Origin: Eimeria praecox
Lineage: Eukaryota
Length of the DNA: 64,000 nt
Assembly (NCBI GenBank): GCA_963920595.1
Contig: OY986948.1
Coordinates: 2,294,001 to 2,358,000 of the forward strand
Reading direction: 5' to 3'
Part shown: positions 1 through 13,161 of the stretch, one piece after another
How the letters are laid out: each line of letters opens with the position of its first letter
How positions within the stretch are numbered: the first letter of the stretch is position 1
Position numbers and translations under genes: made by a program
The notes under the pieces: model-generated
The model's database searches: none
What the model saw: only the letters and a program-made list of their open reading frames with translations
Told to the model about the DNA's origin: nothing

Positions 1-18
1 CAAGCACATGCAATATCA

Positions 19-128
<110 letters not shown>

Positions 129-198
129 AATGCATATACGCGTCTTCAAGGCAGAAACTACAGCATACTGAATGCCCACTGTTAAAGGAGAAGGACAC

Positions 199-1166
199 CC
201 GTGGAAGCAGGGAGGGCTGTTACCCCACCTCGAGGCAGCGGGGCCTTTTCTTCTTCAGACGCCTTGACAGACAAAATGTTGATGCGAGCCATCCCTTCCT
301 CATCGGTGGTCAGCACAGCAAAGGCTGCAGGCACGTCACACAACTGGGAAGCAAGCCCCACCACCCGTTCCGCTTCCGGGCTGTGCACAGACAGCTAAGC
401 AAAGGAGTGCATGCACAGGCAGAGGCTAGACAGCCACTGAACCTGCGCTGTAGCGCTCACCGTCTCCCTGGGGGAAAACAGACAAACTCAACACAGGAGC
501 GGCATGCGGCAGCTGGACACGCAGGGAATAAGACGGAGTTGACAGGCTGCGAACCTCCAAAAGACCTTCTCTCGAACACACAACTGCCAGGACAGGAGCC
601 AGAGCTGCAAAGGAACACAACGGCCTAGCACAACGAACTCATCCTAGCGCGCTGCCTAATAACCAGCTAGCCATCACCTCGTCACCAGGTAGCTGTGTAT
701 GCAGCCACATACACTCTTTGGCACAGCTAGCTAGCCATGAATGTGCCCACATATGCAGCCAATAGCTAGCTAGCTGGATAGCTAGTTAGGAACAAGGTTA
801 AGGCAGAAGGATCTCTAAGGCTGAGGGTTTGTGGGGTCGCGATTACCGAGCGAAAAAGCCTCATTTCTCCGCCGCATGAGAGAGACAAGCTCAACGAAGG
901 AGGTTTCAGGTACAAACTAAGACAAAAATAACATAAGGCACAATGAAGAAAACACTTCCCCCAATGAACCTTCTGGCTGGCAACACCCTAAGTCTGTCAA
1001 CACCTGTAGAACGGAGGGGATGACAGATCATAAAGGGATGTTCCACAAAATGGCAAGCTGTGGGACTTGCCTCGATCTGCCTCACGGCGAAAAGGATCTC
1101 CTGGGCGTCGCCTACGGGGGTCTTAACCAGCTGAGGTGCAGCAGCAGCAGGTGCAGCTGCTGCCAT
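199..1166 (-). CDS. 5' part of a multi-exon gene, WD40/beta-propeller-like protein, probably continuing off the left edge
   Basis: Candidate ATG at 1166 ([19 protein letters not shown]). Exons 604-461 and 324-~199 have canonical AG/GT ends and join in frame as [20 protein letters not shown]...[33 protein letters not shown], a WD40-like pattern. Upstream exon phases are not fully resolved. Confidence 0.5.
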
Positions 1167-1439
1167 GTGCCGGTCTTCCAGTTGTCTGTGCATACGCAGT
1201 CGAGAGGCACTAGAGAGCTGATACGTGACACACGAAAAAATGCAGAAATAGCCGAAATGATAGATGACGCGATCTCTATGTGTTGAGGTCGTTGAAAGCC
1301 TCGAAGCTGCACGGGAGCCGTCGCTCCCTAAGCAACACACAGAAGCCTCTGCAAACAATCTTGAAGAGACCTCTTAAATTTGTTTTGTGTGGAGAAAGAA
1401 AGGCAGGAAAAAGCTGGCATAAGATAACAAGTGAGCATT

Positions 1440-3376
1440 GCCTCTGCGGGTGTTCAGTTGGACACACTTGCGCAGATCATCGACAGTTTGCTGAAGCCGC
1501 ACTATTTTGTCTTCCAATGAACGGATTATGGTTTCAGAGGCCTCTTTTCCCTGAAAGATGAATGGCTCATCTCCGGTGTATGGGCAGGTCTGCCTGTCAT
1601 CGTGCACGAACGGAACCCCCAAGCTAACGCGAGAACTTGAACAGGTCGATTCCTGGGAACCTGCGGCCGTCCCGAACGTGTAACTCAGTTTCATGGAGAT
1701 CCATGATGCCCAAAAGAATAAAGACAGCGGGAAAAATCCCATGGCTAAGAGGCGAAACGGAAGAATTACGCCAGTCGCTCAAAGTACACACATGTAGCGA
1801 AATGAGTGCCTACCTTGCAACTCCATTAATGCCACTCCACCTCACATATAGGTGCAGGCTCTAGTTAAATCACAAACCTTGCTGAAAACATATTAAAAAT
1901 CAAATTTATATTATTCAAGAGGGTGAGGATTTCTGAACATAAGCACAACTGTTCTCGTCAGCTAAACGCGTAGCCGCGCTATGCAGACGGGCTCACCAGC
2001 CCCATCATTTCGTCTGTGCCTTGTTACATTCAAGGCAAAACCGCCAAAATTGCTTAATTAAATGCGCTCACTTCTGATTATGCTTACTCGTTTTGGGTTA
2101 GTTTGACCTCTTCCATAAATTTCAGAGGGGATACTTCTCGGCGCCACGCAACGGGGCTCACAGAGTCATCCTGCCTCAAACGACTAGAGACTAAGGGGAA
2201 GCTTCTGGTCAGTAAACAATTTTTATTTACATATAACGAGGTATAAACACGTAAAAGGGCACCAGGCAACTGTTTTCAATAGATTTTCGTCCATCTGCAT
2301 CATGCACGGGTCTGCCAGCCTGGTGCCGACTGACCCGCTGGTGTCACGGCAGTTGTTCTATAGAGATGTCTACAGCGGAATCATAGTCATACTCTTCTAT
2401 CTTAGCGGAGGGCTGTCGTGGGCTGAAATGGAAAGAAATTAATTCAAATAACTCTCCCAGAACAAATAGCAGCAGGTTGCTGAGCTCTCCTCCAGCCTAC
2501 AGATTTTCCAAACAGAACGGCCTTGTGTGGAGAGAAGTGAACTGCCTGCAGTGAGTTGCAACAAGCCTGCTACAACCACCCGTTCAAGCATATCCAAGCT
2601 CCCCCTTTTGGTGTACGCTCTAAAGCTGTAGTCAATTTCTAAACACTTACTTTGCCCTCGATAGCCAGTCTGCACGTGAGTACGAATATACGTGCCAACT
2701 TCAGACAAACCACGCAGCATCTGAATCACACTCTCTAACCCAACAGCGCATGATCTCCTGCGCCTGATATATCAGAACACAGCAAGGGATGGGTGGACTG
2801 AGACAAGGGATCCCTCCGCACCTGCTGCTGCAGCGCGTTCGTCATTGGTTCCCCCTGCTCTTGGTTGTATTGTTGGAGTTCATGCGAATCAGTATTCGGC
2901 TTCAGCGATGCTTTTCCTCGTGCTTCGTGGGGAGCTGCTGGTGCAACAGTTGTTGCTGCTAGTGCTGCTGTTTCTGCTGCTTTTGCTGCGGTTGCTCTTG
3001 CAGTTGGTGTCGCTGGTCCGATCATTGCTGTTCTTGCTTTCGGTGGTGCTGCTGCTTAGAATCATATTGCCTCTTGTCTCGTTTTCGTTATTGTTGATTA
3101 TTCCCCTGAAGCACCTAAATATCAATAAACCTTAGCGAGGGGCTGCTGGTGGAGCCCTCCGCATGCCAGATTGTCGCTGCCGTTATTGAATGAGCCGATG
3201 CTGCCGGAGACGCTGCTGTACTTGTTTCTGCTGCTGTTGTTGCTTCTGCTGTTGCCGTTGCTCCTGCTGTTGCAGCTGCTGCTGACATTGAGTGCATGAG
3301 CTGTGGCAGCCGGCGCTTGCCACAGCTCAGCGCGCCAATCCTTGCTGTCTGCCTGGGTTAGGCGCCGCTCCTTCAT
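1440..3376 (-). CDS. possible multi-exon hypothetical protein gene
   Basis: Several exon-like blocks with AG/GT ends: about 2424-2347 (PRQPSAKIEEYDYDSAVDISIEQL), 2183-2088 (RLRQDDSVSPVAWRREVSPLKFMEEVKL) and 1551-1443 (coiled-coil-like ETIIRSLEDKIVRLQQTVDDLRK). No recognisable domain and the model is not closed. Confidence 0.3.
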
Positions 3377-3839
3377 GTGGGCACATCAAGCTAATCAAAA
3401 ATAAGCCTAGGACATCTAGAGCTCAAAATAAGTCAGCGGGTGAAGCAGCGATGCGATAAACCCCAAAGGAGGGGACCAAAACAAAAAAATAAAGGGCTGG
3501 CAGTATTGCCAGCGGCAGCGCAGAGCCATACGTAAAAGGAGAGGGATAGATTCAAGTTATAAATAAACAGTGCCCAAGAGGGCATACATAGAAAAGGCAC
3601 TATCTCCTGTACCCACGTCATAGAGAGACAGAGAGACAGAGAGAGAAGTGTGGCCCACTTTTATAATGCGCTGTGCAGTCGCCGTTGTTGAATCACAAAT
3701 GGCCCGTGTAAGTTTCTGAGGAACTGTTTAGACAACTAAACCATCATGCACTCTATTGTGTTAACGGCCTACGGGTTGTTTTACACCTGTCTACGGTGTC
3801 ACACCCCAGCCGTTCCTTTCCACAAAGGCGCTGCTCCTA

Positions 3840-6240
3840 TTTTGTGGGCCCAGATCGAGGGAATATCGGAGATTTCCTGAACCCTTTCAGAAGGTCGGCA
3901 TTAATGGTATGGCAATGCCTCAGGGTTGGATTTAAACATACAGGGCACGTCAAGGCGTTGACAGGAGAATGACGACCGTTGCATAACTTGATTCTTCGGC
4001 TGCTCGCCTTGTCGCGCGCGTTGCAGATCATGCGGATGCACTAAAACCAACTTGTCCTCGCTAAAAAACACTGTCAAACGCCAGCCTCCGTATCTTTTTA
4101 ATGGCTTGCCCGTGCTTTCTTTATACGTTCCCGTAGTGCAGCAAGGTGGATATGGAAGTCTGCAACTGCGGGTGTACGACAATGGCTACAAGCAAGTAGC
4201 TCCAACTTTGATTCGCATAATGGTGTTTGGGTGTCTAAATAGGAGGCGTGAAAGCAGTGGGACGAAGAGTGCTTTATTGTATTAGAAAACCATCTACAAT
4301 GAAGGGACTCAAGCCATTTTCATAAACTTTAATGCGTATAGTGTATATTGAGCCCCGTATGCTGCAGGATCATGCTATTTTTGGCTTCAGATTGTGCTTC
4401 TCCCTGCAGATGTTTTACGGCGTTCATGTAATGGTTAGTATTACCCAGCGTCATGAATTCTCACCAGAATGCGCCAACTACCTTTGGGTGCACAACACCA
4501 GTAGTTCGGCCTTGGAGCTTCCACTCCCTCTACTGTAACTGAGCTCGAACAGGTGATGAAAGGCGTGTTTTCGGGGGTCTACCCAGAACAATATAAAAGA
4601 TATCAGCCTCTGGGTGGTGGTAAAATAGGAAATTTGTAAAGACGTCCATCGAAAACCGTCTAGGAATTGGAAGACTCTGCAAGACTCAGGCTTTTTTGAG
4701 CGGTCCGAGGTCTCTATGCTTAATTATCAAAGAACTGAAGCCGTATTCGTTGGCAGACCACAACAAGGGGATTTGCTACAGGATCCACTGTTATGTTGCC
4801 CCCGAAGTTGAACGCTAAAGCATACTCGTTAACATTGAGCAACACTTCTGTATGAAACGAAACTGATATGCATAGTCGGCAGAGTCCACGACTTGCCCGA
4901 GAGCACAGTAGATCTCCATCCATGTGGCAGTGCGTCGTCCGTTGTTGAATGTGGCAAGAAGCCACACACGAGCTCCTAAGGAGTAAAAGCAGCACCATTT
5001 GGACACGAAGAAACCCATCTCAGATTAATACAGCTGCAGAACACAATGATTAACCGGTAGGATGCCAGCAAGGAGTGCGTCAGCTACCAAGGTGGTGATA
5101 TCCATGATATATTGACTATGAATTCGTACTGCGTGGGACGGCAAAGCTGCAGAGCAAATCTTTCATTTAAAAACCCGTATTCAGGTGTATCAGGGATTAA
5201 TAAACGGTTTTAACAGTGGAATGCACACCGTGCACGTAGTATCAAAACCCTTTACTCCTCACCAGACCGCGTGGATCTCATTCCTGCAAACTCGGTGCCT
5301 CTCTCTTAACGCTTAACGATGAGAGGAACAGGAGGTTATTGGGTGCTTTTCCGGAGTTGTCTGCCTGCTCTGAGGTCATCACGCCCACTGCCGTGCTACT
5401 GGCATCCTCTGCAAGGAAAGGCGTGTCGGGATCAGGGAGGGCAATAGCTGAAAGGGATGGGAAGTGCCTGAGGGGGCTCGGGGAAGCTTCTTCTTTGGTC
5501 TCCGTCCAATTAAACTATTTGTCGTGCTTGAGTACAACCACTAGAGGGGCGTCGATACGAACGAATCTAGGGATGAAACCATGGTTGCGCGATGGCAAGC
5601 TAAGGAACGTCTGAGCTTCGGGGGTTCTTGAGAGGGAAATTGACAACCTCCGAATGTTTCTTATCGCCAGCGGATCTGATACGACTCTTGCTGCAGAGTC
5701 ACGGAACCCCAATTGGCCAGTAACTCTGCACTAAAAATAACACTCGTGTTGTTCTGTCGACCACAGATTTCCATATTGAAGTTGTAGCGGAGGTCACAGA
5801 AGCTGCAAGTGATGGGGGACATTCCGGCGGGAAAAGACGCCCTCCGCCCACTTACAAAGCCATTCAGCCATCACTGATTGGGCACAAGAAATAGTAAGTT
5901 GCCTGCATGCATGCATATTTACTAAAGTATTTGCTGGGGCTTGTGTGGAAAACAGTAATGTATCTATCCTGCGGGTGTATTAGAATCTGAAAAGCTCATC
6001 AGCAAACTCGGCAAGCGATGAAGTAGTTCGTCTGCCTTGGGCATCCGAAACTTGTGTTTCATAATCGATGGATTGTGTTCTGGGTTCACAGCCTGCGCGT
6101 CCATGAGGTGCTACTACGTATAACAGCAGCCTCGAATTTATATTAAAAGGGCTGCAAACTACACTACAGTCAGCAGAATGAAGATAAGAGCTCCCAAAGG
6201 GCCATAGACCTCCCATCCAGTTCCCAGTTGCCATGGGCGT
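3840..6240 (-). mobile_element. Degenerate Ty3/gypsy (chromovirus-like) LTR-retrotransposon pol relic: RT - RNase H - integrase
   Basis: Minus-strand translation shows motifs in gypsy order. RT thumb: QTFLSL..GFIPRFVRIDAPLVVVLKHDK*FNWTE (about 5615-5500). RNase H: IALPDPDTPFLAEDASSTAVG (about 5445-5385). Integrase: KKA*VLQSLPIPRRFSMD (about 4697-4644) and FW*EFMTLG..KHLQGEAQSE..N (about 4470-4375; cf. HPQTDGQTER). GPY/F-like tail: PTLRHCHTINADLLKGF (about 3930-3880). Many stops and frameshifts. Confidence 0.88.
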
Positions 6241-6961
6241 AGCGCCACAGGGGCCTGAGGAAGCTTTTGTATTAAATTGTTAAACGTAAGTGTTTACTCC
6301 AACCTCACTAATAACCCGCATGCGTACAAGAGGAAACATCTGTACGAACATCAGAAAAACCAGACATTTTGATGGTTTTATTTTCAGTTGGAAGAAAGAA
6401 ACCTCTTTAACTAGGCTAACTCGAATTTATCGTATCAGTCCAACACATGTCTACCTGTTCTAACTATCAGCCTCGACTATCAATGTGGCCGCAGTTCGTT
6501 TCAATTCCCCCCAATCCCCCCATATCTAAAGCCATTACATCCTTTATTGTAAAGAGGTAATCCTCTTTCTTATATTTTTTTATCTTAAATATTTTGATTC
6601 GGTTGCAGCTTTCGAATCTCACCAGATAAGATGAAGGACTCGTGTACAAAGTGTTGAATAGCCGTTCCATAGGAGCAAAATCAAGCGAACAGACTGGAGA
6701 TCATACAATCAGAGTAGCAATCAAACACAAAATTAGATAAACATACAAACGGACATAGCACACAAGCAAATGCACTGCCATGAATAACCGAAGGAATCTA
6801 ACCTTCCTTGTGAGTGATGCTACTCCTCAATTCAACATTCTCACCTTAAAACAAACACCATAGATACTACTGGAGAGAAGTAACAAACAGTTGCTGCCAG
6901 TCTGAGGTGCCTAGGGCCCCTCCGACGGGGCCCCAGGGCACCTAGCACGGGGGGTCCCCAA

Positions 6962-6993
6962 GAAAGACAGTGGGGGGCCCCCCACTGTCTTTC
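6962..6993. other. Perfect 32-bp palindrome GAAAGACAGTGGGGGGCCCCCCACTGTCTTTC, imperfectly extendable to about 6949-7008
   Basis: Self-reverse-complementary on direct inspection; lies about 580 bp upstream of the MFS ATG. Confidence 0.9.
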
Positions 6994-7366
6994 CTTGGGG
7001 GCCCCCCCTGCTATTTCTGTGGCGGTGTCGGCTGCTGAGTGAGTTTACAAATATTGCGCTGCCTTGAGGCGCAATAGTTTTAATTTACAGGAAATTCTGA
7101 ATGCTTACACAGAGAGAACAACTCATTTTTTATCTAGTTTCTTTTCTGCTGTATCTCGAGTGTCTGTACACTGTACGCCCGCGAGATGGCAGCCGGAGCG
7201 GCTCTCCTCCTCCCTTCCGCAGCGAAAAGCCCCCTCAATTTAATCGAAAATAACAACTTGGGGGGAATAAAACAAAAGCCCAGCGATAATAATAAAACAC
7301 ATTGTCGATAGACCCTCTACATCTGGAGAGGCGTATACCGCTGTACTTAGGCTGTGACCTTGGTTG

Positions 7367-7560
7367 AGGGTTTAGGGTTTAGGGTTTAGGGTTTAGGGTT
7401 TAGGGTTTGAAATTCAAGACGACACATCGTGGGGGTTTTGCAGGGTGGCAATTCCTCCGTTGGCCTGGAGCCCTCTGGGGTTTAGGGTTTAGGGTTTAGG
7501 GTTGTGGTTAGGGTTTGGGGTTTAGGGTATAGGGCGCGTGCGCCCTAAACCCTAAACCCT
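7367..7560. repeat. Interstitial telomere-like heptamer repeats (TTTAGGG/AAACCCT)n
   Basis: Runs at 7367-7409 and 7478-7560. Further runs at 8088-8131, 12859-12895, 18210-18248, 18362-18412, 18584-18668, 18818-18867, 26664-26706, 26810-26841 and 27195-27256, mostly intronic or UTR. Confidence 0.95.
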
Positions 7561-7575
7561 GTCTTTCGTGGCACC

Positions 7576-9305
7576 ATGCATACGATGACGACTGCCAGTC
7601 CTTCTTTGGCATTTCTACCGAAACTGTCTCAGCAACATCAGCCGCAGCAACAGCAACAACAAAAGCAACAACAACAGCAGCATCACCAGCAGCAGCAGGG
7701 ACAGGGAAGGCCTGCATGCGTCTCTGCCTTGGTTGAGGGTAGCTTGTTGATGTGTACATCCACTAAGGACAGCAGCAGAAACGAGGGCATGAATTCTCAG
7801 GGTTTCGAAGGGTTGGGGGGGCCCCCTGGGGCCCCCCCAACCCTGCCACACGGGGGGCCTCCTGGGGCCCCCCGTGTGGGCGTTGTCTGCCGTGCCTCTG
7901 TGCCGATGTGGCGGCGTCTGCTGCCTTTGCTAGGAGGGTTTGCAGTTAATGCAGTGTTGGGGTGTATGTACAGCTTGGGCCGCCTGATGCCGTACACGAG
8001 CTCTTATATGAGGGAGCAGGGCCGCAGCAGCACAAGACACGCCGAGTTGGGCTGGATATTTACAGCTGGTGAAGCTCTTAGATTATTTTAGGGTTTAGGG
8101 TTTAGGGTTTAGGGTTTAGGGTTTAGGGTTTAGATTGTTTTAATAACTTGCTTCAAAGGAGGCGCAGCAACGACGTTGCATGCATCTCTTTGTTTATTGT
8201 TGGGGTGTATGCTCACCTTTGTCTTGTTTTGCATGCAAATTAATATCTGTATGAATATCAATTCTTTGGGGTTGTTGATTTGTCTTGATGATAATCTCCG
8301 TTGTCTTCTTTCTTTTGATGTTTGTCTCCTTCTGTCTCTCGTGCTGTATTTTCCTGATTCCTCTTGTTGCTCCTTCGTTGCAGGGCTTGGGGTGTACGTA
8401 CACTGCGTGCGTGAGCCGCTGCTGCTGCTTCTGTTGGCGTGTCTAGGCGCCTTTGTTTGTTTAGAATACACGCTTAGGGGTTGAGGCTGAGGGTTTAGGG
8501 CTTGTATGGTTTCTAGGGTTTCTAGGGTTTCTAGGGTTTAGGGTTTGTTGTGTGTATGCAGCTCTGACCTCGATGTGCTTGTCTATGCCATGGGGGATGC
8601 GACTCCAACGGCGTTTGAGTGTTTCTCACTGTTCGTTTCTGGGGTGTATGCTCACCTCTGTCTCCTTTCTGCTGTCTGCTACATGCTGCAACTGTCTCTG
8701 GGCTCTCAGCCTCCTTTGCGGTTGCGGCTGTGGCTTAGCTGTGGGGTTGGCGGGGCCTTCTCCTGTTGCTGCTGCTTATCTGTGAGGAGAGGCAAAGCAA
8801 TAAAAACATTCTATACGTTGTATTGTCTCTTTTGTCTTTGTCTGTGTTTATATCTGTCTCTTTGTTGCTGTCTTCTGCGGTGTATCTGCTCTTCTCCGTG
8901 CTGCTGTCGACGTCTTCGCCCCTCTTTCTATCTGTCTCTCTTCCTCTCTCTCTCTCTTCATCTCTCTCTCTCTCTCTCTTCCTCTCTCTCTCTCTCTTTC
9001 TGTCTGTCTTTATATTTGTCTGCGTATTTGTATTCGTGTGTGTGTCTTTGTCTCTGTCTTTGTCTCTGCCTTCACATCGTTGTCTCTGTCTTCGTATTTG
9101 TCGCTGTCTCTTTGTTTTTTTTTCTTCATTGTTTTTCTTTTTGCGAGGTGTACAGACAGCTGAAATAAATATATTTGGGGGGGTTTGCCTGTGTGGGGCT
9201 CCTTAAGTTTTTCTCCTTTGTCTTTCTGTTGCTCTTTCATATTTTGTTTCTGTCTATCTTGATGTCGCATCACCTCTTGCTCTGTGCTGTTGCTGCTGCT
9301 GCTGT

Positions 9306-9340
<35 letters not shown>

Positions 9341-9619
9341 GGCCTGGCCGCAGCACAAAGGCCTTGCTGCTGCATTCGTCCTGTCAGGCATCAGCGCCAG
9401 TCCCCTCATGTTTGACGCCCTCGAGGTTAGCGGCCCTCCTCCCTGTGGCTGTTGCTGCTGCTGCTGCTGCTGTTGCGGCTGCTGAGGTGTACATACACTT
9501 CGCAAGCTTCATTCCCGCTGCTTGCAGCCACACAGCTACTTGCAGGATCAAAGCGATAAAATAGCCTTCTTATCTGCAGTTTCTGCTGCTGCTGTTGCTG
9601 GTGCTGTTGCTGCTGTTGT

Positions 9620-9650
<31 letters not shown>

Positions 9651-10323
9651 CAGCTGTTTGTGGTGAATCCACAGCGGGTAGAGTTTGCTGCTATTCCCTA
9701 CCCCGATCATCCCTATGAACGTTATCTAGAAGACAGTGCCGTGCTGAAGAGGGTCCCTGCTTTTTTCTGGGGTTTAGGCTGCTGCTGTCTGCTGCTGACG
9801 CCTGCGGCGCTGCTGCTGAATCTGCCCAAGCCCCTCGCCCAACCCACAAACACACTCCGCTACAACTGCTGCTGCAGCAGCTGCAACAATTGCAGCAGCA
9901 GCAGCAGCTGCAGCTGCAGCAGGTGCTGCAGGAGCTGCAGCTGCAGCGGCTGCTGCGATCCTTCTTTGCCAATCTCCTTCGCCTCTTCTCAAGACCTTGT
10001 GCACACACAAATCTATACGCAACAGCAGCAGCAGCAGCAACAACAGCAGCAACAGCAGCAGCAACAGCATGCAGCAGATGCAAACGGCTGGATGTCGAAG
10101 TCTGCTTGTGTTGAAAGGAGTTGCATGTACAGCCCATCAGCAACGGCACTGCAAAGCTGCAGCAGCATCCCTTCAGGTTTATTTGGGGTTTGGCTTGTGT
10201 ATGTTTTGCTTGGGCTGTCTGTACACCTCACGTTCATATTCTGGGAGGCAGCAGCAGCAGCAGCTCTCATGGGCCCTGGCCCCGCTTCCGACCCCGAGGC
10301 AGCAGCATTGGCAGCAGCACGCG

Positions 10324-10359
<36 letters not shown>

Positions 10360-11757
10360 AGAAGCTGGCAGCAGCAGCCCTTAGCGACCCTTGCTTAACC
10401 TCTCTTGGGGGGGGTCTTGCAGCTGTTGCTAGTCTTGTGGGGCGCGTAGCCTGGGGTTTAATATCTGACGTATGGGGGGGTGCTGCAGCAGCGGTGGGTT
10501 TTATGTTGATTGTTTTTATTTCAAGTATTCTTTTGATCCAGAGACAGACAGATAGACAGGCAGACAGACAGATAAACAGGTAGACAGACAGATAGATAGA
10601 CAGATAGACAGACAGACAGACAGATAGATAGACAGACAGACAGACAGACAGGGAAGCATAAAGACAGACAGACAGATAGACAGATAGCGAGGAATGGCCT
10701 CTCTCTACGTTTGCTGCTGAGGCTGCTGCTGCTGAGGCTGCTGCTGGTGAGGCTGCTGCTGCTGCTGCTGCTGTGTTGTCTGTGTGCAGCACACAATGAG
10801 TTTGTCATTCGTGTATTTATTTATTTGTTTTTGTGTTTGTTTGTCTATCAAAACCTGCAACTTTGCGGTGTATTATCATCTTGCTTGTTAATTTTTCTGT
10901 TTGTTTTCCTACAATGTTTAAAAACTTTATTCTGTCGTTTTTCAGCTGCATGCTGAATTTGAATCCTGAGGCTCTTGCGGTGTACGTACAGTGAGTGTTT
11001 TCTGTATAGTGTCTCTTCTTGCATTTATTTGCTGCTTTGTCTCTCCTTTGTGTTCTGCAGAAAGGTATTTCTTTCTCTCTGACGCTGCTGCTGGGGTGCT
11101 GCACCGCTGCGGTGTACGGACAGCTCCTGTCTGCTTCTTTGTGGCTCTTCTCATTTCAAGTTTGCGTTGGGGGGTTAGTAGTATCTTTGCCTCTGGTGCG
11201 TATTGTTTTAGTTTTATTTGAATATGTAATATAATACATTATTATATTAATATTGTAATTATATATTGGATGAGACAGAAAAAATAAACATAATGCCATG
11301 AAACATGCACAACACCATACCATACCACAAGCCGTATTTATACGCCAGGGTTTTGCTGTGTTCTCTTATCGACATATTGCATGCATGCATGCATGCATGC
11401 ATGCATGCATGTATGCATGCGTACATAGATTCTTACTGAAGTGTGCGCATGCGTATTGGGATGTATGTGAATGTTTTTTGGGTGTGCTGGGGTGTATGTA
11501 CACCTCAGGTGATTGCGGAGATATCTCTTCCTTCTGAATTCAGCAGTCTGTACACCCTGGCGTACACATCGAAGCCAGCCAGCGCCTGCTTGGCTTCTCT
11601 ACTTTTGACTTTATGCTATTCAAGTTTGGGGCTGTCAGGGTGTATAGCGATGGCTGCTGTGTCCTCTAGCTGTGCCCTGCTGCTGTGTTTCTTTCTCCCA
11701 CCGCAAGCAGACAACAAAAACAATTGTAGAAGCCCCTGGCTCGTAGATCAACACTGA
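7576..11757 (+). CDS. Major facilitator superfamily transporter, oxalate:formate antiporter (OFA)/monocarboxylate-like
   Basis: GCACCATG start. Exons 7576-8068, 8562-8781, 9341-9425, 9654-10493, probably about 11061-11159, and 11509-11757 have GT-AG ends and consistent phases. Motifs LLGGFAVNAVLGCMYSLG..PYTSSY, PVAAAYLAWPQHKGLAAAFVLSG, FVVNP and SLVGRVAWGLISD are typical of OFA-like MFS proteins. Many hydrophobic helices. The 3' exon structure is less certain. Confidence 0.85.
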
Positions 11758-11858
11758 AAAACATGCAACCGCTCCTACAAACAACAACTCCGCTGCACAT
11801 GCATGCAAATGCATGCATGTGCATGCATGCATGCATGCATGCATGCATGCATGCATGC
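11378..11858. repeat. (TGCA)n / TGCATGCA palindromic octamer arrays
   Basis: Runs at 11378-11420 and 11798-11858; also 12720-12793 and 16451-16500. Known abundant coccidian non-coding motif. Confidence 0.92.
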
Positions 11859-12153
11859 GTACATACACCGTAGCAATATATGAAAAACCTTTCTTTTATA
11901 TTAGGACCTATAATATTAGGACTTTGTATTTTGAATACGTGGGCAATTTGCATGCATCAGAAAGCCAACAGTAGCAGACAGCAGAGCAGCCTGGGTGTCG
12001 TCGCTGCAGCAGCAGATACATCTGCAGCAACAGCGAGAGAAACAGCATTAAACCCACGGGCAGGCAAATAGGCAAACAAAAAAAAGAGGAAGCCCGACAA
12101 ACTACTATATCTATATATCTATCTATCTATCTATCTATCTATATCTATATCTA

Positions 12154-12236
<83 letters not shown>

Positions 12237-13028
12237 TATATGTACAACTCTAAAAGAACAGCTACAGGCTGTGTACAGCCAGCTAACTATCTAGAATCTG
12301 CCGAGCCTGCCCCTAAAGCCGCTTTGCTCGTTTTTTACAGAACTGAGACGAAGACGAAAACGAGGGAACTTCACGAACTCTTAAAAGAAGTAAAACAAAG
12401 TTAAATGGAAAAAAACAGGCAACTGCCATTTCTTTCACACATGTGCTGGGGTGTACGTACACCTGATGCCAGACAGTATACGGTGTCTGAAGAGCAACAG
12501 CTGACACGGCGCACAGCAGTAATCATACATGCATGCAGCGAAAACAACGACTTGAGAAGGCCACGTCTCGCTGCTGCCGTTAACTGCTGTTGCTGTTGCT
12601 GCTGCTACTGCTGCAGTGTACGTACAGCTGGCTGCTAATACAGCCGAGCTTCGGCGAGCAGACAAGCAGCCATAATGGCTATTCAAGCTCTTCCTTTATT
12701 GAAGAATGAAGAAGCAAACATGCATGCATGCAAATACACCTGCCTGCATGCAAATACACCTGCATGCATGCGAACACACCTGCATGCATGCATGTATAGA
12801 TGACAGTGCATTGAAGGGTTTGACAGCTTAGTGTTTATCTCCTATGTTTAAGAATTAATTTAGGGTTTAGGGTTTAGGGGTTAGGGTTTAGGGTTTTGAT
12901 TTTGTTTGAATATCTTCCTTGTGAGTTGAAGAAGATGAAATGGCTTTCGTATTTCTAATCGAGAAAAACGAATACAAACAATGAATAAACCATTTGTGTT
13001 TTCTCTTAACTTATTGTAGTACATTGTA

Positions 13029-13083
<55 letters not shown>

Positions 13084-13161
13084 CAAGTAGAATATCAACA
13101 AAGGAGCTAAAACCATTATGTATATATATATCTCCTTTGAAAACCTCAACATAAATACTAT

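Noticed and set aside
7367..7526. True chromosome end
   Set aside because: The heptamer runs are short, interstitial, in both orientations and embedded among genes.
8545..9564. Cys/Leu/Ser-rich ORFs of 120-207 aa
   Set aside because: They overlap MFS introns and CT/TG microsatellites; the real exons are in other frames.
12341..12404. Possible terminal exon TETKTKTRELHELLKEVKQS* after TTTTTTACAG
   Set aside because: No upstream exon could be linked to it with confidence, and it is too short to support.
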